Assembly (NCBI GenBank): GCA_031423755.1
Contig: JANPGC010000174.1
Span: 1 to 62,426, forward strand
Reading direction: 5' to 3'
DNA from: Phyllobacteriaceae bacterium
Lineage (GTDB): Bacteria > Pseudomonadota > Alphaproteobacteria > Rhizobiales > Rhizobiaceae
Length of the DNA stretch: 62,426 nucleotides
A model generated the notes under the pieces. It saw nothing but the letters and a program-made list of their open reading frames with translations, made no database searches and was not told the DNA's origin. This document shows positions 10,001-17,934 of the stretch, one piece after another (position 1 is the stretch's first letter; every line of letters begins with the position of its first letter). The position numbers and the translations under genes are program-made.

Positions 10001-10701
10001 GCCGCGACCCCGAAATAGGCGGCATGCACCTCTTCGCGCGTGATTTCCGATGGCTTGCCGGAGAGCGAAATGCGTCCCTCCATCATGCAGTAGACGCGGT
10101 CCGCCACCTTCAGCGCCTGCCCGACATCCTGCTCGATAATCACGATGCTGGCGCCAGTCGCCTTGATCTTCGGCATGTTGGCGTAAATGTCCTTGATGAC
10201 GACCGGGGCGAGGCCGAGCGAGATTTCATCGCACAGTAGGATGCGCGGGTTGCTCATCAGCGCCCGCCCGATCGCAACCATCTGCTGCTGGCCGCCGGAC
10301 AGCGATGTCGACGGATTTCCCCGCTTTTCCTTGAGGATCGGGAACAGGTCATAGACGGCTGCAAGGTTCCAATACTTGCCAGCCCGGCCGGAGTAGGCGC
10401 CGATCAGCAGGTTCTCTTCGACTGATAAAGACGGGAACAGTTTGCGCCCCTCCGGCACCATCGCAATACCTCGTGCCACGAGCGCATCAGCGGGCACATC
10501 GCCAACCGGATTGTCGTCGTAAAGGACCATGCCGGGAGCATTGGCGAGCACACCGGAAATTGAGCGCAGCAATGTTGTCTTGCCCGCACCATTGGCACCG
10601 ATGATGGCAATTGTCTCGCCTTCGCTCAGCGCAATATTGACGCCGAACAGTGCCTGAAAGTCGCCGTAAAAGGCCGTGAGGTCGCGGGTTTCGAGCAGCA
10701 T
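9997..10701 (-). CDS. ABC transporter ATP-binding protein (LivF-like)
   Basis: 234 aa. Walker A GANGAGKTT, signature LSGGQQQ, Walker B LLCDE. Confidence 0.9.
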   Translation of the reverse strand: MLLETRDLTAFYGDFQALFGVNIALSEGETIAIIGANGAGKTTLLRSISGVLANAPGMVLYDDNPVGDVPADALVARGIAMVPEGRKLFPSLSVEENLLIGAYSGRAGKYWNLAAVYDLFPILKEKRGNPSTSLSGGQQQMVAIGRALMSNPRILLCDEISLGLAPVVIKDIYANMPKIKATGASIVIIEQDVGQALKVADRVYCMMEGRISLSGKPSEITREEVHAAYFGVAA

Positions 10702-11420
10702 CAGACATCGACCCCGAGATAGATTTCCTTGACCGATTGCATGGCCATCACCTCGTCAGGTTTGCCGGTGGCAATCAGCTTGCCGAAATCAAGCACTACG
10801 AGCCTTTCGACGACACTCGTCAAGGCATGCAGCACATGTTCGATCCAGACAATCGTGATGCCGCGGGCATGAATGGATTTTATGGTTGCGACCAGCGACT
10901 GGCATTCGCCTTCGGTCAGCCCGCCAGCGATTTCATCCAAGAGCAGAATGCGCGGACCGGTCGCCAATGCCCTCGCCAGTTCAAGCCGCTTGCGATCCAG
11001 CAATGGCAAAGCGCCGGCCAGCATGTTGGCGCGATGCATCAATTCTGTTTGTTCAAGGATCGCAGCACAATCATCGGCAACATCCTTTTCCGACGCGCCG
11101 CGCCCAAAGCTGGCTGCAACCAGCAGATTCTCGAAGACCGACAGTTTTTCAAACGGCTGCGGGATCTGAAACGACCGTCCGACACCATCGCGCACCCGCG
11201 CCATTGCCGAAGCGCGGGTCACATCCTTGCCAAAGAGCGTGATTGTCCCAGCCTGCGGCTGCACATTGCCATTGATCAGATTGAACAGCGTCGACTTGCC
11301 CGCGCCGTTGGGACCGATAATGCCCAAAGCTTCGCCCTCGGCAACATCGAAGGTGACGTTATCCGTCACCTTCAAGGCACCGTAGCTTTTGGACACATTG
11401 GCAAGTGAAAGCGCAGTCAA
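10701..11420 (-). CDS. ABC transporter ATP-binding protein (LivG-like)
   Basis: 239 aa. Walker A GPNGAGKST, Walker B LLLDE. TTG start as given by the ORF track; no nearby ATG. Confidence 0.85.
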   Translation of the reverse strand: MTALSLANVSKSYGALKVTDNVTFDVAEGEALGIIGPNGAGKSTLFNLINGNVQPQAGTITLFGKDVTRASAMARVRDGVGRSFQIPQPFEKLSVFENLLVAASFGRGASEKDVADDCAAILEQTELMHRANMLAGALPLLDRKRLELARALATGPRILLLDEIAGGLTEGECQSLVATIKSIHARGITIVWIEHVLHALTSVVERLVVLDFGKLIATGKPDEVMAMQSVKEIYLGVDV

Positions 11421-11444
11421 ATCTTCAATCCGTTAAAGCAGGAA

Positions 11445-11469
11445 ATGCCCGGCGCTTGTCGCCGGGCAT
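11445..11469 (-). terminator. Intra-operon stem-loop (10-bp GC-rich stem) between the SBP gene and the ATPase genes
   Basis: ATGCCCGGCG-cttgt-CGCCGGGCAT, 26 nt after the SBP stop. On the minus strand it is followed by TTCCTGCTTT. Pattern typical of partial terminators or mRNA stabilisers after ABC binding-protein genes. Confidence 0.45.
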
Positions 11470-11494
11470 CTGTGTTGAACTCCGGCATCTGGCC

Positions 11495-12769
11495 TTACAT
11501 CAAGGCTTCCATGGTGCCGCCGGTTGGAATGTTCGGCGCTGTCTTGTTGTCGACGATGACAAGATCAAACTTGCCGTCAGCGCTGCGCCGCCATTGGCCG
11601 CCGACGAGCTGCGTCTTGCAGACATTCTTGGCCGCAAATGGCGGCAGGCCTGCACCATCCCATGCGATCTTGCCGACCATCGTATCCATGCTGGTGGCGG
11701 CAATCGCTGCGGCGACAGCGTCCGCGTCCTTCACGTCGGTGACGCGTCCCATGACGTTGGAGGCAACCTCGAACAGCGAATGGACAAAGCCGATCGGCTG
11801 CGTCCACTGGCGTCCGGATTGCGCGGTATAGTCTGCTGCCAGTTCGGCAGCGGTCTTTCCGGTGAGCGATGACTTGAACGGATGGTTTGGCGACCACCAG
11901 ACTTCCGACGAAAGGTTGTGTCCGGCCTCGCCCAAGGCCTCGACGGACTGCGGGAACAGGATGGCCTTGGCAACGGTGATCGCTTTCGGGTTCAGGCCCT
12001 GCTGTTTGGACTGGTTGCGGAACGTGGTGAAATCCGGCGGAATGACAACGCCGGTGATGATGTCGACGCTGCCATTCTTGAAGGCGTTGATCTGTGCCGA
12101 AAAATCATCGGTCAGGTTCTGGTAGCGGCCCGGATCGAGAAGTTCAAAGCCGGCTGCTGCCAGTCCTGGCTTGAGCCCGACATTCGGATCACCCCAGGCA
12201 TTGCCGTCGCCATCATTGGGGAACAGGCCGCCAACTTTCTTGTTCGTCTCAAGCTGCGCCCACATGTTGGTGAAGACGGCGATGACATCCTCAAGGCCCC
12301 AGAAATAGTGGAACGCATAGTTGAACGGCTTCCAGCTGGCCGGATCGCCCGGGTTGCCCTGCTGGCCGATGAACCATGGCTGCCATGGAGCCTTGGTCGA
12401 GATGACCGGCATGCCCTCTGCTTCGCAGGTGGTTGCAACCGGATTGGTGGTTTCCGGCGTCGAGGCAACCAGCATCAGGTCGATCTCGTCTGAAACAATT
12501 AATTCCTTGGCAACCTCAGCTGCACGGTTCGGATTGGACTGCGAATCCTTGACGATCACCTCGAAGTTCTTGCCCACTTCCGTCGCGAGGAATGCGGCAA
12601 TATTGTAGGCGTCGCTCTCGGCAAAACCCGCCAGCGGGCCCGATTGCGGGCTGACATAACCGAGCTTGATTTTTGCGCCCTGTGCAATGGCAGGGCTGGC
12701 CAAGCCGCCCGTGATCGCAACCAGACCCGTGGCACCTGCCGATTGAAGTAATTTGCGTCTCGTAAGCAT
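11495..12769 (-). CDS. ABC transporter periplasmic substrate-binding protein (LivK/Amino-acid-type, Tat/Sec signal)
   Basis: ATG at 12769 preceded by GGAGGAG (the ORF-track start at 12775 is GTG). N-terminus MLTRRKLLQSAGATGLVAITGGLASPAIAQG. Type-1 periplasmic binding fold, recognised by sequence type. Confidence 0.85.
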   Translation of the reverse strand: MLTRRKLLQSAGATGLVAITGGLASPAIAQGAKIKLGYVSPQSGPLAGFAESDAYNIAAFLATEVGKNFEVIVKDSQSNPNRAAEVAKELIVSDEIDLMLVASTPETTNPVATTCEAEGMPVISTKAPWQPWFIGQQGNPGDPASWKPFNYAFHYFWGLEDVIAVFTNMWAQLETNKKVGGLFPNDGDGNAWGDPNVGLKPGLAAAGFELLDPGRYQNLTDDFSAQINAFKNGSVDIITGVVIPPDFTTFRNQSKQQGLNPKAITVAKAILFPQSVEALGEAGHNLSSEVWWSPNHPFKSSLTGKTAAELAADYTAQSGRQWTQPIGFVHSLFEVASNVMGRVTDVKDADAVAAAIAATSMDTMVGKIAWDGAGLPPFAAKNVCKTQLVGGQWRRSADGKFDLVIVDNKTAPNIPTGGTMEALM

Positions 12770-12808
12770 GTCCACTCCTCCGTTGACATCGTGGTTTTCA
12801 TCGAAACT

Positions 12809-13876
12809 TCAGCTGCGCGGGCGCTCCCCCGACCATGCATCCTGAAGCAAAGCGCGTATCTCGTCGCGGCCAAAAGGCCGCGGGTTTGTGTAGGGGTTGA
12901 GCGTGGCGATATCGGCAGCCTTGTCAATGTCAGCCTCGGCAAACCCAAGTTCGGCGAGGCTCATCGGCGCGCCGAGCGATTTGGCAAAATCATAAATTCC
13001 GCCACCGGGACTGCTGCCGAAAATGTAACTGACCGGCCTGAGCAATTCCGGCACGGCAACCGAATTAAAGGCGGTTGTGTGCGGAATCATCACCGCATGT
13101 GTCTCTGCATGTGGCATCCCGAACGATCCGCCAAGCACATGGCAGAGCTTGTGGTGCAAAGCCATCGACACGTAACCGAGCGCAGTTGAACACAGCCATG
13201 CTCCATAGAGCACCTGTCCCCGCGCTTCGGTGTTGGAAGGCTCTTTTACAACAACCGGAAGCGCTTCATAAAACGACCGGAATGCCGCAATGCACATCTG
13301 CTCGATAACCGGGTTCCGGTCTGGCGCGTACAGGGCCTCGACACCGTGCGCAATGGCATTGAGCGCAGATGTCACTGTCATGGGGACCGGCAGCGTCAAG
13401 GTCAGGTCAACATCATAGATCACGGTTTCCGGGCGGATGGCGGCGTCGCGCTTGGTAATCTTTGCCCCATCGGCGGTCTCACCCAGAATGTCGGTCATCT
13501 CGGAACCGGCGTAGGTCGTCGGGATGACAATCTGGTCGGCCCCGCTGCGCAAGGCGATGGCTTTGCCGAGACCCGTTGTCGAGCCGCCGCCAAGCGACAC
13601 AACTGCTGTAGCGCCGCTGGACTTGAACGCTGCCAATGCCGTTTCCGTCACATCGGTCGGCGTATGCATGACGGCACCGGTAAAGACGCCTGCGGATAGA
13701 CCGCCAATCTGTGCTGCCAGCGCTTCCGCTTCCGCCTTCTGATGCGAAGTGGAGAGGACCAAGGCTTTCTTGTGGTTCAGCCGTTCAATCTCATGTCCGG
13801 TCTGCACAATCGTTCCACGGCCAAAGATGACACGCGTTGAAATCCCCGGGAAAGTGAAGTCACGGATCGCGGTCAT
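12809..13876 (-). CDS. Maleylacetate reductase (iron-containing alcohol dehydrogenase family)
   Basis: 355 aa. The N-terminus FTFPGISTRVIFGRGT and length are typical of maleylacetate reductases. Same operon as the hydroxyquinol-type dioxygenase. Confidence 0.8.
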   Translation of the reverse strand: MTAIRDFTFPGISTRVIFGRGTIVQTGHEIERLNHKKALVLSTSHQKAEAEALAAQIGGLSAGVFTGAVMHTPTDVTETALAAFKSSGATAVVSLGGGSTTGLGKAIALRSGADQIVIPTTYAGSEMTDILGETADGAKITKRDAAIRPETVIYDVDLTLTLPVPMTVTSALNAIAHGVEALYAPDRNPVIEQMCIAAFRSFYEALPVVVKEPSNTEARGQVLYGAWLCSTALGYVSMALHHKLCHVLGGSFGMPHAETHAVMIPHTTAFNSVAVPELLRPVSYIFGSSPGGGIYDFAKSLGAPMSLAELGFAEADIDKAADIATLNPYTNPRPFGRDEIRALLQDAWSGERPRS

Positions 13877-14532
13877 GCCGCAGCGTCCGCTTGAGCGTGT
13901 TGGTCTGCCTGCAATCGGGACAAGATCAACTTGAGCTCGACAATTTCGGCATCGCTGATGGAATGGTCACGCCCCGGAAACAGTTCTGTCTTGAGCCGGG
14001 CCCGCGCACGACCGAATGCGTGTGAAGCTTCCGCGTATGCGCTCACTGGAATCCACGGGTCATTGTCCGATCCGGTGAGATAAACCGGCAGTGCTGCAAG
14101 GTCGGCCAAAGGGAGATTGTCAGCCTGCGTGCCAACCCTGCAACCGGTGAGGCACGCCAAGGCCCCATGCCAGGGCCCGCTGCTGAACGCGTACTCCATG
14201 GAAAGGCATGCGCCTTGGCTGAAACCGATCAACATAAGCGGTTTTTCAGTACCGGCTTCTTTGCGCAGGTGATCAATCGTCGAACCAAGATAGGCCAATG
14301 AATCATTCAGCTGCGCCCGTGTCGTTTCATTGAGCGGGTCGATAGCCTTTGCATTGTACCAAGTGTTTCCGGCCGCGCGTGGCAAGGCAAATGCCACGCC
14401 CTGCACGGCCAGCCTGTCGACAATCCAATCCTTCATGATTTCCGGGGACTGCGTCCGGCCATGAACGACAACGCAAAGCACGGACGCTTGCTGTGGCGTC
14501 GCTCCCAGTAGCAAAGCGGTTTCATGAGCCAA
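13873..14532 (-). CDS. Phospholipase/carboxylesterase-family alpha/beta hydrolase (MhqD-like)
   Basis: Hydrolase core with nucleophile elbow GFSQGA. The ORF-track N-terminal 88 aa overlap the upstream dioxygenase gene and look non-protein-like. I propose a TTG start at 14532 with a GGGGGA RBS; the start is uncertain. Confidence 0.6.
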   Translation of the reverse strand: MAHETALLLGATPQQASVLCVVVHGRTQSPEIMKDWIVDRLAVQGVAFALPRAAGNTWYNAKAIDPLNETTRAQLNDSLAYLGSTIDHLRKEAGTEKPLMLIGFSQGACLSMEYAFSSGPWHGALACLTGCRVGTQADNLPLADLAALPVYLTGSDNDPWIPVSAYAEASHAFGRARARLKTELFPGRDHSISDAEIVELKLILSRLQADQHAQADAAA

Positions 14533-14557
14533 TTTCGCAGTCCCCCGATTACTGAGC

Positions 14558-15514
14558 TCAGAATTCCGCCGCTTCAAGTCCGGCAACCATCTCGTCCTTG
14601 CGGTCGGCGAACCAGGGCGGGAACACGAGCGTGGATCCGATGGCGTCTGCCGGTTCATCGAGCGCCCAGCCGCCGGGCACTGACCACGCGATCTCAAACA
14701 GTGCCCCGCCAGGCGATCGGACATAGCAGGACTTGAAATACATCCGGTCCTTCTGCTCGGAAATGTCGGTGAAACCGAGGCCCTCGATGTGGGCACGCAG
14801 TTTCAACTGGTTTTCCTCGTTGCCGGTGTTCAGCGCCAGATGGTGGATGGTGCCGCCTGCCAGTGTCCAAGTGCCCTGCGCGCGTTCGGGTTCGTGCAAG
14901 ACCTCCACCATGGATCGCGGCCCGTCACCATTCGGGACTGAAAAGGCCAATCCTTCATGGTTATCGGCCTCTTTCTTCATCGGTATGGCGATGGTGAAAA
15001 AATCATCCATGGCTGTCCGGTCCGCGACCGAGATGGCGGCCCCGTAGATCCCCTTGATGCCGTGCTCGTTGGTAATGCCTTGCGCGTCATTGGTGATCGG
15101 CTGGCGTGTATCGCCGGGGTTTTCCACAAGCTCGTGCGGGATGCCGCACGGATGCTCGAACGACACGCGCGTCATGCCAAAACGCGAGATTTTGCTTGCC
15201 TTTATGCCTCTGCCGTTGAGCCGGTTCACCCAGAATTCGGATGCGCCGACGGGTATTGCCTGCTGGATGATTTTGGACTGATTGGTGCCGCGGCGGCCAT
15301 AGATTGCGGGCTTGCGGAAAGGAAACGTCGTAATGATTGTCGAAGCATCGCCGTTTCTTGAGCCATAGTACAAATGATACACCGGCAAGACGCCATCAAA
15401 AAGCACTGTGCGCTTGACCGAATGCAGCCCGAGCGTCTTGGTGTAAAAGTCATAGTCCTCCTGCACGCCGTCGGTGCTGAGCGTCAGGTGATGATATCCG
15501 CTGATCAACGCCAT
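14558..15514 (-). CDS. VOC-fold ring-cleaving dioxygenase, hydroquinone type (PcpA/LinE/MhqO-like)
   Basis: 318 aa. The N-terminus GYHHLTLSTDG.QEDYDFYTKTLGL, a tandem glyoxalase/VOC repeat and the length match hydroquinone-type dioxygenases. GGGAGG RBS. Confidence 0.75.
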   Translation of the reverse strand: MALISGYHHLTLSTDGVQEDYDFYTKTLGLHSVKRTVLFDGVLPVYHLYYGSRNGDASTIITTFPFRKPAIYGRRGTNQSKIIQQAIPVGASEFWVNRLNGRGIKASKISRFGMTRVSFEHPCGIPHELVENPGDTRQPITNDAQGITNEHGIKGIYGAAISVADRTAMDDFFTIAIPMKKEADNHEGLAFSVPNGDGPRSMVEVLHEPERAQGTWTLAGGTIHHLALNTGNEENQLKLRAHIEGLGFTDISEQKDRMYFKSCYVRSPGGALFEIAWSVPGGWALDEPADAIGSTLVFPPWFADRKDEMVAGLEAAEF

Positions 15515-15602
15515 TGGTTTTTCCTCCCGTCAAGAAGCGCATTCTTGCGTTTTTCCTGACACCGAATGTAGCGGGAGAAAAAATTTCATTGATATTTTCT
15601 TT

Positions 15603-15615
15603 TATGTCCAACATA
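15603..15615. promoter_or_regulatory. Candidate LysR-type T-N11-A box (TATGT-CCA-ACATA)
   Basis: 13-bp dyad in the 111-bp divergent region between the dioxygenase operon and the LysR gene, 11 nt upstream of the LysR ATG. Confidence 0.3.
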
Positions 15616-15625
15616 CCATTTTGTT

Positions 15626-16576
15626 ATGAAAATTGACGAACGCCATCTCGTCCAGCTTGCTGCCGTGATTGAAGCCGGCGGTGTCACCGAAGGCGCTGCG
15701 ATGCTGGGCATGAGCCAGCCCGGCATCTCGCGCACGCTGTCGATGCTCGAAAAACGCCTTGGCGAACCGCTGTTCACGCCCGGCCGGCGTCCGCTGCAGC
15801 CAACGGTGCTTGGCCGACAGCTTGGGCTGCATGGCAAGTCCATTCTGGCGGCATCACGCAAGGCCAGCGAGACCGTGCAGGGTTACAAGTCCGGCGTTTC
15901 GGGCCGGGTCCGGATTGGTGGCGTCCCGTTTTTCATGGATGCCGTGGTTTCAACCATGATCGCCTCGTTCCAAGTCAAGGAGCCGGACATACAAGTCGAT
16001 CAATCCTACGGCCATTTGTCCGAATTGATCCAGGAAGTGAACGCCAACCAGATCGACCTTGCCATCACTCCCGCCGGAACTGCCGATCTCGGCCCGGAAG
16101 TCCAGTTTGACGCCATCCTGCCCGGTCACAATATTATCGCCTGCGGTGTCGGCCATCCTCTGCTGCGCAAGCGCCGCCTCACTCCAAACGATGTGATGAG
16201 TTACCCGTGGGTCGCGCCGTTGCCGGGCTCACCACTGATGCTCGATCTGCATTCGCTGCTCTTGTCGCTCGGAATCAGTGAACTCGCCATCCGCTATTCC
16301 GGCGGCTCGCTGTTGAGTGTTGTCAACTACATCGCATCGACAAACGCGCTTGCCATTCTGCCGCATTCGGTCGTGTTCAGCCTGCGCCGCGAGAACAAAG
16401 TTTCGGTCGTGCCGCTTGAAATCCCGCAACCGGAACGCACGCTTGGCATTATCACCAAACAGCGCGGCACGATTAATCCCGCAGCCCGCAAACTGGGCGC
16501 GCATATTGCGCAGGAGTTTACCAACCTCAAGGCGATCATTTCGCGCCACGAGCGCTCAATCGCTTGGGGTACGTAA
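15626..16576 (+). CDS. LysR-family transcriptional regulator
   Basis: 316 aa. N-terminal wHTH (LVQLAAVIEAGGVTEGAAMLGMSQPGISRTLSMLEKRLG). Divergent from the aromatic operon. Confidence 0.9.
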   Translation: MKIDERHLVQLAAVIEAGGVTEGAAMLGMSQPGISRTLSMLEKRLGEPLFTPGRRPLQPTVLGRQLGLHGKSILAASRKASETVQGYKSGVSGRVRIGGVPFFMDAVVSTMIASFQVKEPDIQVDQSYGHLSELIQEVNANQIDLAITPAGTADLGPEVQFDAILPGHNIIACGVGHPLLRKRRLTPNDVMSYPWVAPLPGSPLMLDLHSLLLSLGISELAIRYSGGSLLSVVNYIASTNALAILPHSVVFSLRRENKVSVVPLEIPQPERTLGIITKQRGTINPAARKLGAHIAQEFTNLKAIISRHERSIAWGT

Positions 16577-16644
16577 GGGATTTAGGGTTGGTGGGTAATG
16601 ACCCGAAGCTCAACCGCACCAGACCGGACGGTTATAAGCAAGAC

Positions 16645-16667
16645 GGCCCCGCTTTATGGGCGGGGCC
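16645..16667 (-). terminator. GC-rich hairpin after the HU-like gene
   Basis: GGCCCCGC-tttatgg-GCGGGGCC, 10 nt after the hup stop. On the minus strand it is followed by GTCTTGCTT, an imperfect U-tract. Confidence 0.45.
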
Positions 16668-16676
16668 AAAATGATG

Positions 16677-16955
16677 TCAGCCGTTCAACGCATCCTTGAG
16701 CGCTTTGGCAGGACCGAACGTCAGCTTGCGGGACGCGGCGATTTTGATTGTGGCACCGGTGGCCGGATTACGACCGTCGCGGGCCGGCGTCTCCTTGACC
16801 TTGAACTTGCCAAAGCCGGGGACATTGATTTCATCGCCGCCCTTGGCTGCGTCGGCAATGGCCTTGAACACGCCATCGACAATTGTCTTGGCCTGGGACT
16901 TTGTGAGGTTGTTCTGATCTGCGAGCTTGTCGGCGATGTCGCTGGCTGTGGTCAT
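16677..16955 (-). CDS. hup: HU-family DNA-binding protein
   Basis: 92 aa. Classic HU sequence (...FGKFKVKETPARDGRNPATGATIKIAASRKLTFGPAKALKDAL). GGGAG RBS. Confidence 0.9.
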   Translation of the reverse strand: MTTASDIADKLADQNNLTKSQAKTIVDGVFKAIADAAKGGDEINVPGFGKFKVKETPARDGRNPATGATIKIAASRKLTFGPAKALKDALNG

Positions 16956-17055
16956 TGGATGCTCCCTTTAATTGATGTGCCGCTCCGTATCGCAGCGGAA
17001 ACGCAGATTGTCCAGCGGTGCGGGTCAACCAGACAGCTTGGACGGTTCCAAAAGA

Positions 17056-17080
17056 AACGTTTTGATGCGCAAATTGTTCC
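17056..17080 (-). promoter_or_regulatory. EcfG-type GSR promoter (GGAAC-N16-CGTT) upstream of hup
   Basis: Plus strand reads AACG-ttttgatgcgcaaatt-GTTCC, an exact match on the minus strand. Sits 10 nt after the vapC stop and about 100 nt upstream of the hup ATG. Confidence 0.6.
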
Positions 17081-17089
17081 TACGGGACG

Positions 17090-17539
17090 CTACAGCGGAA
17101 AGCGAGCCGGGTCATCGTTCCATGGGTCAAAGACGATCGCTCCCGATTCCCCGGTGTCCCTGACGTTCCTCGTCACCAGATAGAGCTGATGCTCGATAGC
17201 CGAGGCAGCAAGAAGAGTGTCGATCACCGGGGGTGCATGACTGGTCTGCCGCTTTACCCTGCCTGAGATTTCTCCCCAACGACGGACAATGCGATCACCA
17301 ACGGAAATCACGCGGCCCTTGAATCTCTCCTCCAGGGCGTCGCGATTGGCCATGTGCCGTTGCCGGTCAGGATGGTCTGCATCAAGGTTATGAATGCCCT
17401 TGTCATATTCGCCGAGGGTAAGGACACTGATAAAGAAATGGTTTTCGTTCTGGTTCTGCGCCCACATCTTCACTGATGGCGCGCCATTGGGGTTGATCAA
17501 TGCGGATATGACATTTGTGTCGAGCAACCAGCCTTTCAC
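17090..17539 (-). CDS. vapC: Type II toxin VapC (PIN-domain ribonuclease)
   Basis: 149 aa. The WLLDTNVIS N-terminus and conserved acidic residues are PIN features. GTGA overlap with the antitoxin stop. Confidence 0.85.
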   Translation of the reverse strand: MKGWLLDTNVISALINPNGAPSVKMWAQNQNENHFFISVLTLGEYDKGIHNLDADHPDRQRHMANRDALEERFKGRVISVGDRIVRRWGEISGRVKRQTSHAPPVIDTLLAASAIEHQLYLVTRNVRDTGESGAIVFDPWNDDPARFPL

Positions 17540-17844
17540 AGTTGAACGTCCCGCCCGCGGTCTTGTTCGCGCGCAAGATCAAGTTCGCCTAAGTGAAGGC
17601 CTTCCATGAATTGGATGAAGGGAACCTGCGGTTTGCGGGGCGCCAGCTGTTCGAGCTGTTCAACGCTGATAACAACAACCGCTTCACGTCCACGAACGGA
17701 GACCCGTTGCGGTCCCTCGCTGCGCGCAAGCCGGACGACTTCACTGAAGCGCGCCTTGGCGTCTTCGAGCTTCCATCCGCCACTTGCCAATCGCGTTGCG
17801 GCATCACCCTTGCCTGTCCCGGCACTTTTAACTGTCTTTCGCAT
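17536..17844 (-). CDS. Type II antitoxin, Phd/YefM-like
   Basis: Start trimmed to ATG 17844 (the ORF-track start is TTG). The core KLEDAKARFSEVVRLA...PQRVSVRGREAVVVISVEQLEQL is a Phd/YefM-type fold. Overlaps vapC. Confidence 0.75.
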   Translation of the reverse strand: MRKTVKSAGTGKGDAATRLASGGWKLEDAKARFSEVVRLARSEGPQRVSVRGREAVVVISVEQLEQLAPRKPQVPFIQFMEGLHLGELDLAREQDRGRDVQL

Positions 17845-17934
17845 CGCTTTTCCCAATCTAGTCAGATGGTCAGATAATAGCGCAAACGCGATTGAATTGC
17901 CAGATGGGTTTAGAGGTTCGAGAAAACGCTGAAA

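Noticed and set aside
14533-14796. 88-codon N-terminal extension of the carboxylesterase ORF
   Set aside because: It overlaps the 3' end of the upstream dioxygenase gene in another frame. It is Pro/Arg/Ser-rich and non-globular. The hydrolase fold begins after it.
17045-17049. Second GTTCC pentamer just downstream of the hup promoter motif
   Set aside because: No AACG lies at a 16-17 nt spacing (only AACC at 14 nt), so it does not form a second EcfG-type promoter.
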